Virus record (IMG/VR): IMGVR_UViG_3300047462_000154
Coordinates: 64,001-128,000 of that record
Direction: 5' to 3' (one strand)
Source of the DNA: a virus
DNA: 64,000 nucleotides
The translations under genes were made by a program, and so were the position numbers. Position 1 is the stretch's first letter, and every line of letters begins with the position of its first letter. The notes beneath the pieces are model-generated. The model was not told the origin of the DNA and made no database searches. It saw only the letters and a list, made by a program, of their open reading frames with translations. Positions 9,968 through 20,241 of this stretch are shown here, one piece after another.

Positions 9968-12364
9968 ATGGCTGGAAATAATTTAACTTTAACAACACCA
10001 TCATATAGCACAACAACTGTAAAATTTGGCACTGCTTCTTTAGCAAGTGGCTATGGTCTTGCTCCTGGAGGAATAATCACAGGATACCCATATACAATTG
10101 AATGTTGGGTAAACACAACGATTATGACTGGCTCAACAGAATTTTTTATTGGGCAAAATAATTTAATTAGTATTTCTTCTGTTCCAGTAGCAAATATTTT
10201 TGCATTTTCTTATAATTTTCCAAATTCATCTATTTATAATACTGATGCTTATTCAATGATTAGTAATGGAAGTTGGCATCATATTGCTGTTACTACTATT
10301 AGCCAAAATCTTTCCTTAAATTTTGTTGATGGAACATTAGTTGGTTCTTACACGGCAATTCCAGCGGCTACATCATTTACACAAGGCACTTTTGGTATTG
10401 GTATTTTGTATTCTAGCGGAAGTTATCTTTATCCATTTACTGGATATATTGATGAAGTGGTGGTTTGGAATGAGGCAAGATATCTTTCAAATTTTACACC
10501 AAACACTTCAGCTTATACTGGCACAGAAGGAATGACTGCGCTTTATCATTTTGATAGTAATGGAAACGATAGTTCTTCTGCTATTCCAACGATAAGCAAT
10601 AGAACAATGACAATGACAAGCGCAACATATGACGCTTCTACAGAAAAATTTGGTCAGGCTGCATTGTCTGGTGGTTATGGTGTTATGCCAAATACAAATC
10701 CACCAGTTCAAGGGTATCCATTTACAGTGGAGTGTTGGGCAAAAGCAACAACCGTTCCAACCGCCGTATCTATTGCCGTTGGTCAAAGTGCGTGTTTTGG
10801 AATTGGTGCTGCTGCTACTGGAAAATATGAATTTATTGTTGGTGGAACAACCACCGTTACAACAACATCAGTTCCATCTGGTAGTTGGAATCACTTGGCA
10901 TTGGTTGCCACAGCAACTTTGGCAACAATGTATGTCAATGGTCAAGTTGCTGGAACATTAGCATCTCCGGGCACATTAAATTATACTGCCGTTCCTGCTT
11001 ATGTTAATTCATTGGTTACAACAACTAATCCATGGTTAGGTGAAGTTGATGAAGTAGCAATTTGGAATACCGCACAATATACAGGAACATTTACACCACC
11101 AACTGTGCCTTATATTGGAACAGAAGGCATGGTATCTTTGTTTCATTTAAGTGGAAATGGTTTTGATTACGCATTACCGAACATATCTTCAAGTTTTGTT
11201 CCAGCAACAAATTCAAATATAGTTTATTCTCCTTATACATGGAATGTAACTAATGAGGGGGCATTTACTACATGTGCTGGTGCATATTTTAGAATGATGT
11301 TTACTGGTTCTTATTGTGTTTTATTATTTGATACAAGTAATTCGGCAACTTATTTTTCAGAAATTTATTATCGAGTTGATGCATATGAAACACAAGCACC
11401 TTGGACTTTAGTTACCTTAACTCAAACACCAAATCATTATATAAACGTAACATTCCCAACAAACACGGCGTCCAATACTTATCATTTGATTGAAGTTAAG
11501 GTTAAAAGTACATCAATTTATTTAATAAGATATTTTACACCAAGTTCAGCAGCGGTTGTTTTCAGAGGATGTGAATTGTCTCAAGGTGCTACTTTGGTTG
11601 TGCCTCCAAAATATTCAAAAAATGTTTTATATTATGGGGATTCAATTACAGAAGGTTATTATTCCGTTAACAATGTTGGCGGCACTGATGGTGACCCGGA
11701 TGCACATGATAATCAAGCATGCTCTTCAAGCAAAGTTTGTGAAATGTTACCAGCGGAATATGGAATTGTTGCATATGGTGCAACTGGCTGGCAAGCAATT
11801 TCTCCAGTAGCAAATTCTGCTCCAAGCATGCAAACCTATTATAATACAATTGCTCCAGGTGTTCCTCGCTCTTTTACAAATCCTGCGCCTGATTTAGTTA
11901 TTTTCAATCATGGAGTTAATGATTTTGCTCAATCAATTAACGGTGGAACATTAACATTTGCCGTTGTTCAAGCAGCAATTCAAAATGTTTTAGGAAATAT
12001 TTTATCAGCAACCCCGACAACAACCAAACTAGCAGTTCTTCAACCATTTAATGCTCAAGAAACTAACGCAACATATTCTGGTGGAACGATTGGTGGAGTT
12101 GCGTATACATTTGCTAATTATTGTGCATCATTATTTCCAGCAGCGATTTCTGCATTAGCAGCTACTTATTCTGGTGGTTCTGCAATAGTTAATTCAAGAG
12201 TTAGTTATATTTCCACTGCTGGTTTTTTAAATGCTACATACGGATTAGAAGCAGATGGCGCTCATCCAATTTGTGGCAATCATATTGGTCAAATTGCACC
12301 ACAATTAGCATCTGTATTACAGCCATTTCTTTTTCCCACAATTAATCGAAATACACATTCATAA
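9968..12364 (+). CDS. LamG-LamG-SGNH/GDSL esterase virion protein
   Basis: Two TIE/VECW..WHH/WNH...IDEV.VW LamG domains; SGNH blocks GDSITEG, GATG, NHGVND, DGAHP. Confidence 0.8.
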   Translation: MAGNNLTLTTPSYSTTTVKFGTASLASGYGLAPGGIITGYPYTIECWVNTTIMTGSTEFFIGQNNLISISSVPVANIFAFSYNFPNSSIYNTDAYSMISNGSWHHIAVTTISQNLSLNFVDGTLVGSYTAIPAATSFTQGTFGIGILYSSGSYLYPFTGYIDEVVVWNEARYLSNFTPNTSAYTGTEGMTALYHFDSNGNDSSSAIPTISNRTMTMTSATYDASTEKFGQAALSGGYGVMPNTNPPVQGYPFTVECWAKATTVPTAVSIAVGQSACFGIGAAATGKYEFIVGGTTTVTTTSVPSGSWNHLALVATATLATMYVNGQVAGTLASPGTLNYTAVPAYVNSLVTTTNPWLGEVDEVAIWNTAQYTGTFTPPTVPYIGTEGMVSLFHLSGNGFDYALPNISSSFVPATNSNIVYSPYTWNVTNEGAFTTCAGAYFRMMFTGSYCVLLFDTSNSATYFSEIYYRVDAYETQAPWTLVTLTQTPNHYINVTFPTNTASNTYHLIEVKVKSTSIYLIRYFTPSSAAVVFRGCELSQGATLVVPPKYSKNVLYYGDSITEGYYSVNNVGGTDGDPDAHDNQACSSSKVCEMLPAEYGIVAYGATGWQAISPVANSAPSMQTYYNTIAPGVPRSFTNPAPDLVIFNHGVNDFAQSINGGTLTFAVVQAAIQNVLGNILSATPTTTKLAVLQPFNAQETNATYSGGTIGGVAYTFANYCASLFPAAISALAATYSGGSAIVNSRVSYISTAGFLNATYGLEADGAHPICGNHIGQIAPQLASVLQPFLFPTINRNTHS

Positions 12365-12390
12365 TAAATATATAAGAAATGGAATAAAAT

Positions 12391-14715
12391 ATGCCAGGTA
12401 ATAATTTAACAGGAAGCAGCGTAACTTATAGCACAACAACTTATAAATTTGGAACTGCATCATTTAGTGGTGGTACGGGAACGGCGGTTTCTTCGACTAA
12501 TTTAATTACTGCTCCACCATATACAATTGAAGGTTGGATAAACAGCACATCTACTGGAGAAGTTTTTGCGTTTGGTGAATATCAAGTAGTATTTGTTGGT
12601 TTATATTCAAATGACGCTCTTGCTATTTTAGGAAATGTTGCTGGTTTTCCTGGTGGTTCAACAGCTATTAATAATGGCGCATGGCATCATTTAGCATTTT
12701 CTGTTAGTTCAGGAGGGGCATATAATTTTTTTGTTGATGGTTCATCAGTTGCAACAGGAACGATGCCAGCGGTAACTTATGGTGCATTTGCTGTTGGATA
12801 TGATAATGCATTAGGCGGATATAATTTTTCTGGATATATTGATGAAGTTGCTGTTTGGAGCACACAAAAATATACTTCAAACTTTACACCACCAACATCT
12901 GCATATTTAGGAACAGAAACAGGATTAATTGCACTTTATCATTTTGATAGTAATTTAAATGATAGCTCTACCGTTGCTTCAACAATCGGAACAGGTGGTA
13001 GAGGACTTACAATGGTAAGTGCCACTTATGATGGTCTTGGTCAAAAATTTGGGCAAGCCGCATTATCTGGTGGATATGGGTCTATGCCAACGTTAATGCC
13101 TACTGCTATTGGTTCTTATCCGTTTACTGTAGAGTGTTTTGCAAAAGCAACAATTGTTCCTACTTCTGTAGGATATGTTGCTGCACAAAGTGCTTGTTTT
13201 GGTATTGGTGTTACTGCTTCAGCAACATATCAATTTATTGTTGGTGGTACAACTACAGTAACTTCAAGTCCGGTTGCATCTGGAAGTTGGAATCATTTAG
13301 CATTGGTTGCTACGGCAACTTTGGCAACAATGTATGTCAATGGGCAAATAGCAGGAACATTAGCAAGTCCAGGTTCATTAACGACAACAGCGTTAACTTA
13401 CATTCATTCTCAATCAACAACAACTAATCCCTTTCTTGGGGATGTTCAAGATGTTGCTTTTTGGAATACTGCAAAATATACAACAACATTTGCTCCACCA
13501 ACCACACAATATACTGGTTCTGAAGGTATGTTGTCGCTTTATCATTTGGGTGGTTCTGGCACTGATTATGCGTTTACAGCAAATTCAGGTTGGGTTCCAG
13601 CAACAAGTTCTTCAATAGTATATTCTCCATATAATTGGTGGGTAACTAATATTGGAGCATATACCACATGTGCTGGTGCTTATTTCAAAATAATGTTTAC
13701 TGGAAACACGGCTATATTAACCTTTGACACTTCAAATTTATTATCACCATATTCTGAAATATATTATAGAATTGATGGGTATTCTGCGCAAACTCCTTGG
13801 ACATTGGCTACTTTGTCTACTGTTCCACAAGCAACTGTAACTTGCACAGTTGGAACCTTAACAACAACAGGTTCACCATTAATTACGCCATTATATCATT
13901 TATTAGAAGTTAGAGTTAAAAGCACTTCTATTAATTTAAATAGATTTATACATCCAAGCAATACTGCCATTATTTTACAAGGTATTCAATTAACCACTGG
14001 TGCATTAACTGTTGCTCCAGCTACATATCCAAAACATATTTTGTTTTATGGAGATACTTTAACTGAAGGATATTATTCAGTAAATTCAACTGCTGCAAAT
14101 GACACCGATTCTCATGATGCTTCAACGTGTTATTCAACTTTAACATGCGAAAAATTAAATGCAGAATATGGAATTGTTGCTTATGGAAATACTGGATGGA
14201 GTGTTGCATCAACCACATCTGCTGGTGCGGTTCCTGCATTAACTTCATTTTATGGATATTTAACACCAACAACAGCAAGAACGTTTACACCAACACCAGA
14301 TTTAATTATAATAAATATGGGCACAGTTGATTGGAGTCAAAGTTCGCCTGTTGCAACCACAAAAACCGCAATCAATACAGTATTAACTGGTCTTTTGGCA
14401 GCAACGCCAGCAAGCACAAAAATTATTGTTATGGTTCCATTTGCTGCTGATGGTTTAAATTTTACTGGAACAGCCATAAGTACCATTAATGGTTATACTG
14501 TAAGTGCCTATTGCGGTTCTACTATACCAGGAGCAATTACTTCAACTACTAGAGTAACATATTTGTCAACATCTGGATTTTTGAATGCTAATTATGGAAT
14601 GAATGATAGTATTCATCCAACAGGGGTTAATCATATTTCACAAATTACCCCACAATTAGTCAATGCTATTATTCCTATCTTTTTGCCAGCAAACAATAAA
14701 TACACGCATTCATAA
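12391..14715 (+). CDS. LamG-LamG-SGNH paralogue with Thr at the nucleophile position
   Basis: Collinear with 9968..12364; GDTLTEG, NMGTVD, DSIHP. Confidence 0.8.
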   Translation: MPGNNLTGSSVTYSTTTYKFGTASFSGGTGTAVSSTNLITAPPYTIEGWINSTSTGEVFAFGEYQVVFVGLYSNDALAILGNVAGFPGGSTAINNGAWHHLAFSVSSGGAYNFFVDGSSVATGTMPAVTYGAFAVGYDNALGGYNFSGYIDEVAVWSTQKYTSNFTPPTSAYLGTETGLIALYHFDSNLNDSSTVASTIGTGGRGLTMVSATYDGLGQKFGQAALSGGYGSMPTLMPTAIGSYPFTVECFAKATIVPTSVGYVAAQSACFGIGVTASATYQFIVGGTTTVTSSPVASGSWNHLALVATATLATMYVNGQIAGTLASPGSLTTTALTYIHSQSTTTNPFLGDVQDVAFWNTAKYTTTFAPPTTQYTGSEGMLSLYHLGGSGTDYAFTANSGWVPATSSSIVYSPYNWWVTNIGAYTTCAGAYFKIMFTGNTAILTFDTSNLLSPYSEIYYRIDGYSAQTPWTLATLSTVPQATVTCTVGTLTTTGSPLITPLYHLLEVRVKSTSINLNRFIHPSNTAIILQGIQLTTGALTVAPATYPKHILFYGDTLTEGYYSVNSTAANDTDSHDASTCYSTLTCEKLNAEYGIVAYGNTGWSVASTTSAGAVPALTSFYGYLTPTTARTFTPTPDLIIINMGTVDWSQSSPVATTKTAINTVLTGLLAATPASTKIIVMVPFAADGLNFTGTAISTINGYTVSAYCGSTIPGAITSTTRVTYLSTSGFLNANYGMNDSIHPTGVNHISQITPQLVNAIIPIFLPANNKYTHS

Positions 14716-14782
14716 ATCGATTTGTCAAACGGTTTTAAATGTTGTATCATATATTCGTTGCAACTTTAAATAGGAAACCTAA

Positions 14783-14968
14783 ATGACGTATCTTGATTGG
14801 GTTGAACAAAATATGGAGTTTTCAAAAAAAGTTTTTGAAACTTCTATGAATATAGCGGAATCAAATATCAAAACAGCATATGCGGTTGCTGATATTGCAA
14901 GAGAAAATACCGAGACAATTATTCAATCAACACAGAAAATTATCTCTGGATTGAAAATCTCGAATTGA
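14783..14968 (+). CDS. small amphipathic helical protein
   Basis: 61 aa, AGGA RBS, followed by terminator. Confidence 0.6.
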   Translation: MTYLDWVEQNMEFSKKVFETSMNIAESNIKTAYAVADIARENTETIIQSTQKIISGLKISN

Positions 14969-14971
14969 AAG

Positions 14972-15002
14972 AAAAAGGCTCACTTTTTGTGAGCCTTTTT
15001 TT
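14972..15002. terminator. bidirectional intrinsic terminator
   Basis: aaaaaggctcac-ttttt-gtgagccttttt between convergent genes. Confidence 0.85.
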
Positions 15003-15694
15003 ACTTAAAAATCTTTATTTTAAAAGATTTTGGTTTAACGACAATTTCAGATTCATTTCTGCCAGCAAAATAAGCCATAATATTTTCTTTATCAATAATG
15101 GCTTCATAAACAATACCATTTTGATTAAAACGATTGGCAAAAAATTCAGCTTTTCTGATATCAAGCGTCCAAGATAATCCGTGTTTGTTTTTTTGAATTC
15201 CGCCACGATAGGCAATAATTTTTTCATCAAAAGAATTATAAATTTCTTTTTCTTTTTCATCCATACAAAATTCACGATTGGGAATATTTATTGTCCACAA
15301 ATATTCCCATGTATCAACAGCTTGCCATGAATTTTCTGTATCGGTCCAAATAGAACCCAACATTTCCCAATATGTTTCACTATCCAAATTTGGATAAATA
15401 TCACAAAATGCGTTCAAGCGAAATGGGCGTTCATGTGACCAAACATAACGCGAAAAATCTTTTTCCAATAAAGCTTTGTTGATGCCTTCTTTTTTATCCA
15501 GATAGCGCATATTGACCATTTTATTCATGGCATCAGAATGCGGAACCGAATATACCAAAGGATGTTGAATTACCTGAAATCCAGTTTTTGAAGTTTTATT
15601 CAAATATGGTATCAAATCAGGATGCAACCTCTTCTGGTTCAAACATTTTCTGTAATTGATTTATTTTTTCAATATCTATTTGATTCAAATTCAT
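15001..15694 (-). CDS. ADP-ribosyltransferase-like protein (R-S-E motifs), apparent N-terminal frameshift
   Basis: AYRG, LSWT, RNESEIVV; RBS-led ATG at 15694 (MNLNQ...FEPEE) is out of frame with LHPDLIPY near 15628. Confidence 0.55.
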
Positions 15695-15707
15695 TTGAAA
15701 AAATCCT

Positions 15708-16073
15708 TTAACGATAATGTTTTGAAAGACGTTCAAATGCCGCCATCGCTTCACGAACGGCTTCATTAGAGCCGCCATGGTCAGGATGATATATAAACAA
15801 TGAATTACGAAATGCTTTTTTCAACAATTCTGGTGTTGCTGGCATTTCAAACAAATTCAAATAAGCAAGGTCTTTTGAATTCTTATCTTCTTTTGAAAAA
15901 ACAAGTTTTGCGCCGCCACCAAGCAAAGCTTCTGCAATACGAATCCATTCATCAGCAGAACCAAATCCTTCTGATTCATCATAATGTTTATAAGCAGCAT
16001 CAGAAAAAGAATAAACCGTCCTTGCTTTAATACGGGCGGCGCGTTCTTCATCGGTTAATTTAACTCTTGGCAT
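15708..16073 (-). CDS. J-domain (DnaJ-like) protein
   Basis: LKKAFR....YHPDHGGSNEAVREAMAAFERL. Confidence 0.85.
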   Translation of the reverse strand: MPRVKLTDEERAARIKARTVYSFSDAAYKHYDESEGFGSADEWIRIAEALLGGGAKLVFSKEDKNSKDLAYLNLFEMPATPELLKKAFRNSLFIYHPDHGGSNEAVREAMAAFERLSKHYR

Positions 16074-16077
16074 GTAA

Positions 16078-16332
16078 TTAACCTTTAATTTGAAGTTTTT
16101 TCTCTGTTGAAGCTAAAAGCGGAACAATTGAAGAAAGATGCTTGCAATTGCGACGAGTTTTCCATCCTGGACAAGAACATCCCCAAGAATTATCTGATTT
16201 CCGTTGAGCAACCGTATATAACCGATTGCTTGACTCGGAACGAATTTCAAATCGATTTTTCCATTGCTGATTATCAGGCAACAATGAAGCACCAACTTGA
16301 TTAGCCACAATAATGATTGCTTTATCTACCAT
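16078..16332 (-). CDS. SWIM zinc-finger protein
   Basis: CSCPGW....NCKHL. Confidence 0.8.
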   Translation of the reverse strand: MVDKAIIIVANQVGASLLPDNQQWKNRFEIRSESSNRLYTVAQRKSDNSWGCSCPGWKTRRNCKHLSSIVPLLASTEKKLQIKG

Positions 16333-16338
16333 ATGCTT

Positions 16339-16366
16339 ATTATAGCATATAAAAATTATTTGTCAA
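16339..16366 (-). promoter_or_regulatory. sigma70-type early promoter
   Basis: TTGACA-16 nt-TATAAT with TG extended -10, just upstream of ATG 16332. Confidence 0.75.
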
Positions 16367-16370
16367 CTTT

Positions 16371-16616
16371 TTAAAAAACTTTTTGGTATAAAACCATTCC
16401 AACCACAATACCGATAGCACCAGATGTTCCCATAACGATTGTTGCTGGTAATAATCCTATTGATATGGCAATATGAACAAATACTACTTGCACGGCGCTA
16501 ATGATTAATTGACAGATTAATGCTGAATAATATTTGTTGTTAGTGATATTTTTTGTTTGATATGATATCAAAACAATTTGAATAAAATTTACTAACCATA
16601 AAAAAAATATTTCCAT
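16371..16616 (-). CDS. small membrane protein
   Basis: 81 aa, about three hydrophobic helices, GGAG RBS. Confidence 0.65.
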   Translation of the reverse strand: MEIFFLWLVNFIQIVLISYQTKNITNNKYYSALICQLIISAVQVVFVHIAISIGLLPATIVMGTSGAIGIVVGMVLYQKVF

Positions 16617-16659
16617 TTTTATCTCCGGTCATATTTAGAATAGAAATATTTTTTTTATA

Positions 16660-16860
16660 TTAGGTTGAAATTGTTACAACTGGTTGAGTGCTGCCATTAT
16701 AAGGAATAGTATAAAAAACAGAAGCGTTTAATTGTTGTACAATTGCGGCTGGATTTTGTTGTGTTAAAACGAGCGCGCCCAATTGAGCATAATTTTGTGA
16801 AATTGATTTTGATGTTAAAACAAGTGCACCAAATTGTGCTACATTAACGTTATCTGTCAT
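16660..16860 (-). CDS. small virion protein with internal AQ.GALVLT repeat
   Basis: 66 aa, translationally coupled to upstream gene. Confidence 0.55.
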   Translation of the reverse strand: MTDNVNVAQFGALVLTSKSISQNYAQLGALVLTQQNPAAIVQQLNASVFYTIPYNGSTQPVVTIST

Positions 16861-17975
16861 CCTATTACCTTATATCCAAGAATTAAAGAATTTATACCAG
16901 AAGGCGTCCATTGAACACCTGTATTTGGGTCAGTTAAATATGTATCTGTATGAGGATAAGAACCAACTGTTAAATAATTATTTTTTCCAATCACAGTTGT
17001 TGAACCAGAAGTTAAAATTTTTGCTAGTCCTCTTGTTCCAGAATCATTTTTATAAGAAGTATCTGTTATAGAAAGATTTAAAACTGTTGCGTTTGTTGGA
17101 ATTGTTGAAAACTTAAATGTATCTTGCGTTCCAACTGTTGAACTATAATTATATATTCCTCCATTTGCTGGGACAGTTGCGGCGGCTTGATAATTTGCTG
17201 AAGTTGAAGAAAAGCTTGTAGATACATTTGATTGCGGAGTTAAAAATCCAGCATTAAAATTTCCAAGAAAAGTATTATATGGTGAACTACCAGTATTATC
17301 TATGAAATAAAAATCTCTAAGATATGGAGGTTCTATTTGTGGCTGTAAATGATTTGAATATAAAATATTTCCAGACGCACATTCAAAAAATATAATAGGT
17401 AATGAACTGGAATCACTTGCTGTATTAACACCTGTTATGCTAATTATTGGTGAAGGATTGCCATTTATGCGAATAACAACACTTCCGTTAGTTGAAGAAA
17501 CATTTAAATAAATTTCAAAATAAAATGTTGAATACGCTGGAATTATATTTCCCGTTGATGCCAAAAGTGTATTGCCACCGCCAGCCTGTTTACTAATTGT
17601 TCCACCACTATATACATTAATGCCACCTGAAGGCGTAAAATAAACATTTATTTGTGGATTTCCATTAGCATTTCCAAAATAAAAATTTGTTCCTTGTGCC
17701 ATCGTTCCAACATACATTCTACAACCAAAATATATTGGATTTGCATAAATTCCTGGTTGCCAATGTAAATTTTTGTATTCTTGTCCATAAAAATTATTAA
17801 CCGAAGCACCAGTAAAAAAATATTGCCCATTATTTGAAATAATAGATAAATCCAAAGCAGGATAAAGCGCACCATTTGGATTATAAACAACTTCATATAA
17901 ATTATAATTTGTGCCATAATAACCAAAATTATTAGGTGCTTGGTCTCCACCATCTAAATAATAAAAATATGACAT
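16857..17975 (-). CDS. beta-rich virion/receptor-binding paralogue 3
   Basis: YLDGG..A.NNFGYY N-terminus; C-terminal W....IN.L..GYKVI. Confidence 0.7.
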   Translation of the reverse strand: MSYFYYLDGGDQAPNNFGYYGTNYNLYEVVYNPNGALYPALDLSIISNNGQYFFTGASVNNFYGQEYKNLHWQPGIYANPIYFGCRMYVGTMAQGTNFYFGNANGNPQINVYFTPSGGINVYSGGTISKQAGGGNTLLASTGNIIPAYSTFYFEIYLNVSSTNGSVVIRINGNPSPIISITGVNTASDSSSLPIIFFECASGNILYSNHLQPQIEPPYLRDFYFIDNTGSSPYNTFLGNFNAGFLTPQSNVSTSFSSTSANYQAAATVPANGGIYNYSSTVGTQDTFKFSTIPTNATVLNLSITDTSYKNDSGTRGLAKILTSGSTTVIGKNNYLTVGSYPHTDTYLTDPNTGVQWTPSGINSLILGYKVIG

Positions 17976-19078
17976 TAACTAATTACCTTATAACCAATCG
18001 TTAATGCGTTTACTGCTGTTGTTGTCCATGTTCCAGAAGTTGATGGATTTGTAGTATATGTATCAGAATGTATACCAACGGTTGTTGTTAAAGTATTGAC
18101 TGTTCCTGTTACAGTAGTTGAACCAGAAGTTATTGTTTTAGCTAATCCACCAGAACCATAAGAATAATCAAAAAGTTTTACTGCAAATGTATTTAATGTA
18201 TCAGAAGCCAAAGAATTTACGGTAAAAGTATCTGTAGACCCAACCGTTGTTGCATTATTATAATCTGTTCCTGAATTTGGTGGTGTTTGTGCGGCATTTA
18301 AATAATTTGAAGAATTTCCATTTGGTGTAAATTGCACAGCGACATTTGCTGAAGGAGTAAGATATTGAACAGACACATCTCCCAAAAATGTATTAAATGG
18401 CGCACTACCAGTTCCATCGGTAAAATATATATCTCTCACAAAACAATTATTACTTGTTCCTGTACATTCCAAAAATGTTATTGGTAATGAACTCGTATCA
18501 GAAGCAGTGTTTACATTAGTTAAATTTAATACCGGCGTCGTTTGATTGCCATTTAAATGTATGGTAACAACACCAGAAGTTGCTGAAACAACTAGATAAA
18601 TTTCTAAGAAAATAATAGAATATGGGGAAACCAATCCAGCAGCGGTGCTACCAAGAAAATTACCAAAACCTTTAAATTTGTTTGTTGCGCCACTATATAC
18701 AACGATAGAACCATCAGTATTTAAATAAATTGCTAATTGAGGAACGCCATTTGCATTACATAGATAAAATAGCGTATAATTTCCTAATGGACCTGTATAT
18801 ATTCTTGCTCCAAAATAAATTGTGCTAGAAGATAATCCGCTTGGTGTCCAACGCAAATTATTTAATAATCCAGCGTTTGTTCCGCCGCCATAGGCATAGG
18901 ATTGTGATGTACTAAAATAACATTGACCATTTACGTTTGTATTAATATATAAATTTCCAACAGTTTCACCAAGAGTTCCGCCACCATTATAAAATATTTG
19001 AGATATTCCTTCGGATGCATAATATCCAAAATTATTTGTGGCTCTTTCTCCACCATCAAGATAAGCTAGATATGCCAT
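17975..19078 (-). CDS. beta-rich virion/receptor-binding paralogue 2
   Basis: Collinear paralogue of its neighbours. Confidence 0.7.
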   Translation of the reverse strand: MAYLAYLDGGERATNNFGYYASEGISQIFYNGGGTLGETVGNLYINTNVNGQCYFSTSQSYAYGGGTNAGLLNNLRWTPSGLSSSTIYFGARIYTGPLGNYTLFYLCNANGVPQLAIYLNTDGSIVVYSGATNKFKGFGNFLGSTAAGLVSPYSIIFLEIYLVVSATSGVVTIHLNGNQTTPVLNLTNVNTASDTSSLPITFLECTGTSNNCFVRDIYFTDGTGSAPFNTFLGDVSVQYLTPSANVAVQFTPNGNSSNYLNAAQTPPNSGTDYNNATTVGSTDTFTVNSLASDTLNTFAVKLFDYSYGSGGLAKTITSGSTTVTGTVNTLTTTVGIHSDTYTTNPSTSGTWTTTAVNALTIGYKVIS

Positions 19079-19575
19079 ATTATTGTTCCTTTATTTTATT
19101 TATCGCACAAAATTGATTAACTAATTACCGTATAACCAATCGTTAATGCGTTTACTGCTGTTGTAGTCCATGTTCCAGAAGTTGATGGATTTGCAGTATA
19201 TAGATCAAAATATACACCAGCAGTTGGTGTTAAATAATTGACTGTTCCTGTTACAGTAGTTGAACCAGAAGTTAATATTTTTGCGGATGCACCAGAACCA
19301 TAAGAATATCCAAAAAGTTTTACTGCTAATGCATTTGATGTATTAGAAGCCAAAGAATTTACGGTAAAAGTATCTGTAGACCCAACCGTTGTTGCATTAT
19401 TATAATCTGTTCCTGAATTTGGTGGTGTTTGTGCGGCATTTAAATAATTTGAAGAATTTCCATTTGGTGTAAATTGCACAGCGACATTTGCTGAAGGAGT
19501 GAGATTTTGAATAGACACATCTCCCAAAAACGTATTAAATGGCGCACTACCAGTTCCATCGGTAAAATATATATC
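17975..19575. repeat. near-identical ~450 bp direct repeat, period 1142 bp
   Basis: 17975-18430 versus 19117-19575, including ~155 bp apparently identical (18205-18358 versus 19347-19500). Confidence 0.85.
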
Positions 19576-20220
19576 TCTTATATATGTTGAATTTGTTGCA
19601 TTAGTGGTTTCCAAAAATGTTATTGGTAAAGAACTAGAATCGCTCGCTGTGTTTACACCAGACACATTGATTATTGCGGTTGGATTGCCATTCAACCGCA
19701 AAATGACAGTACCAGAAGAAGAAACAACTAAATAAATTTCAAGATAAATTGTTGAATTTGCGATAACTGAGTTTATTGAAGAACCGCCAATAAAAGTATT
19801 ACCATTGCCTTTTTGTTTGTTTATTATTCCTCCACTATATACATTTATTGCACCATTTGATGCAAAATTAATACTAATTTGAGGATTTCCGTTTCCATTA
19901 CACAAATAAATAGTAGTATAACCATCTAATGTTCCAGTATAAAAACGAAATCCACAATAAATCGTGCTTGAATATAATCCTAATGGAGACCATCTAAAAT
20001 TATTATTAATGCCGCCGAACGTTGTAAAATCATTAGAGCCAGTCTGACCAGCACTAAAATAACATTGACCATTTACATTTGTATTAATAAATAAATTATT
20101 TAAATTTCCTTGCCCAAGACCGCCAGCATTATAAAATATTTGAGATACGTTTTCATATGCATAATATCCAAAATTATTTGAACAACGTTCACCGCCATCA
20201 AGATAAGCTAGATACGCCAT
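19117..20220 (-). CDS. beta-rich virion/receptor-binding paralogue 1
   Basis: C-terminal ~150 aa nearly identical to 17975..19078. Confidence 0.7.
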   Translation of the reverse strand: MAYLAYLDGGERCSNNFGYYAYENVSQIFYNAGGLGQGNLNNLFINTNVNGQCYFSAGQTGSNDFTTFGGINNNFRWSPLGLYSSTIYCGFRFYTGTLDGYTTIYLCNGNGNPQISINFASNGAINVYSGGIINKQKGNGNTFIGGSSINSVIANSTIYLEIYLVVSSSGTVILRLNGNPTAIINVSGVNTASDSSSLPITFLETTNATNSTYIRDIYFTDGTGSAPFNTFLGDVSIQNLTPSANVAVQFTPNGNSSNYLNAAQTPPNSGTDYNNATTVGSTDTFTVNSLASNTSNALAVKLFGYSYGSGASAKILTSGSTTVTGTVNYLTPTAGVYFDLYTANPSTSGTWTTTAVNALTIGYTVIS

Positions 20221-20241
20221 ATTATTATTCCTTTATTTTAT

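Noticed and set aside
2293-14330. Many short antisense and alternative-frame ORFs inside fibre genes
   Set aside because: Shadows of T/G/V/S-rich codon usage, fully nested in long coherent genes
16857-20220. Diversity-generating retroelement template/variable repeat
   Set aside because: Both repeats are coding paralogues, differences are not adenine-specific, and no reverse transcriptase is in the window
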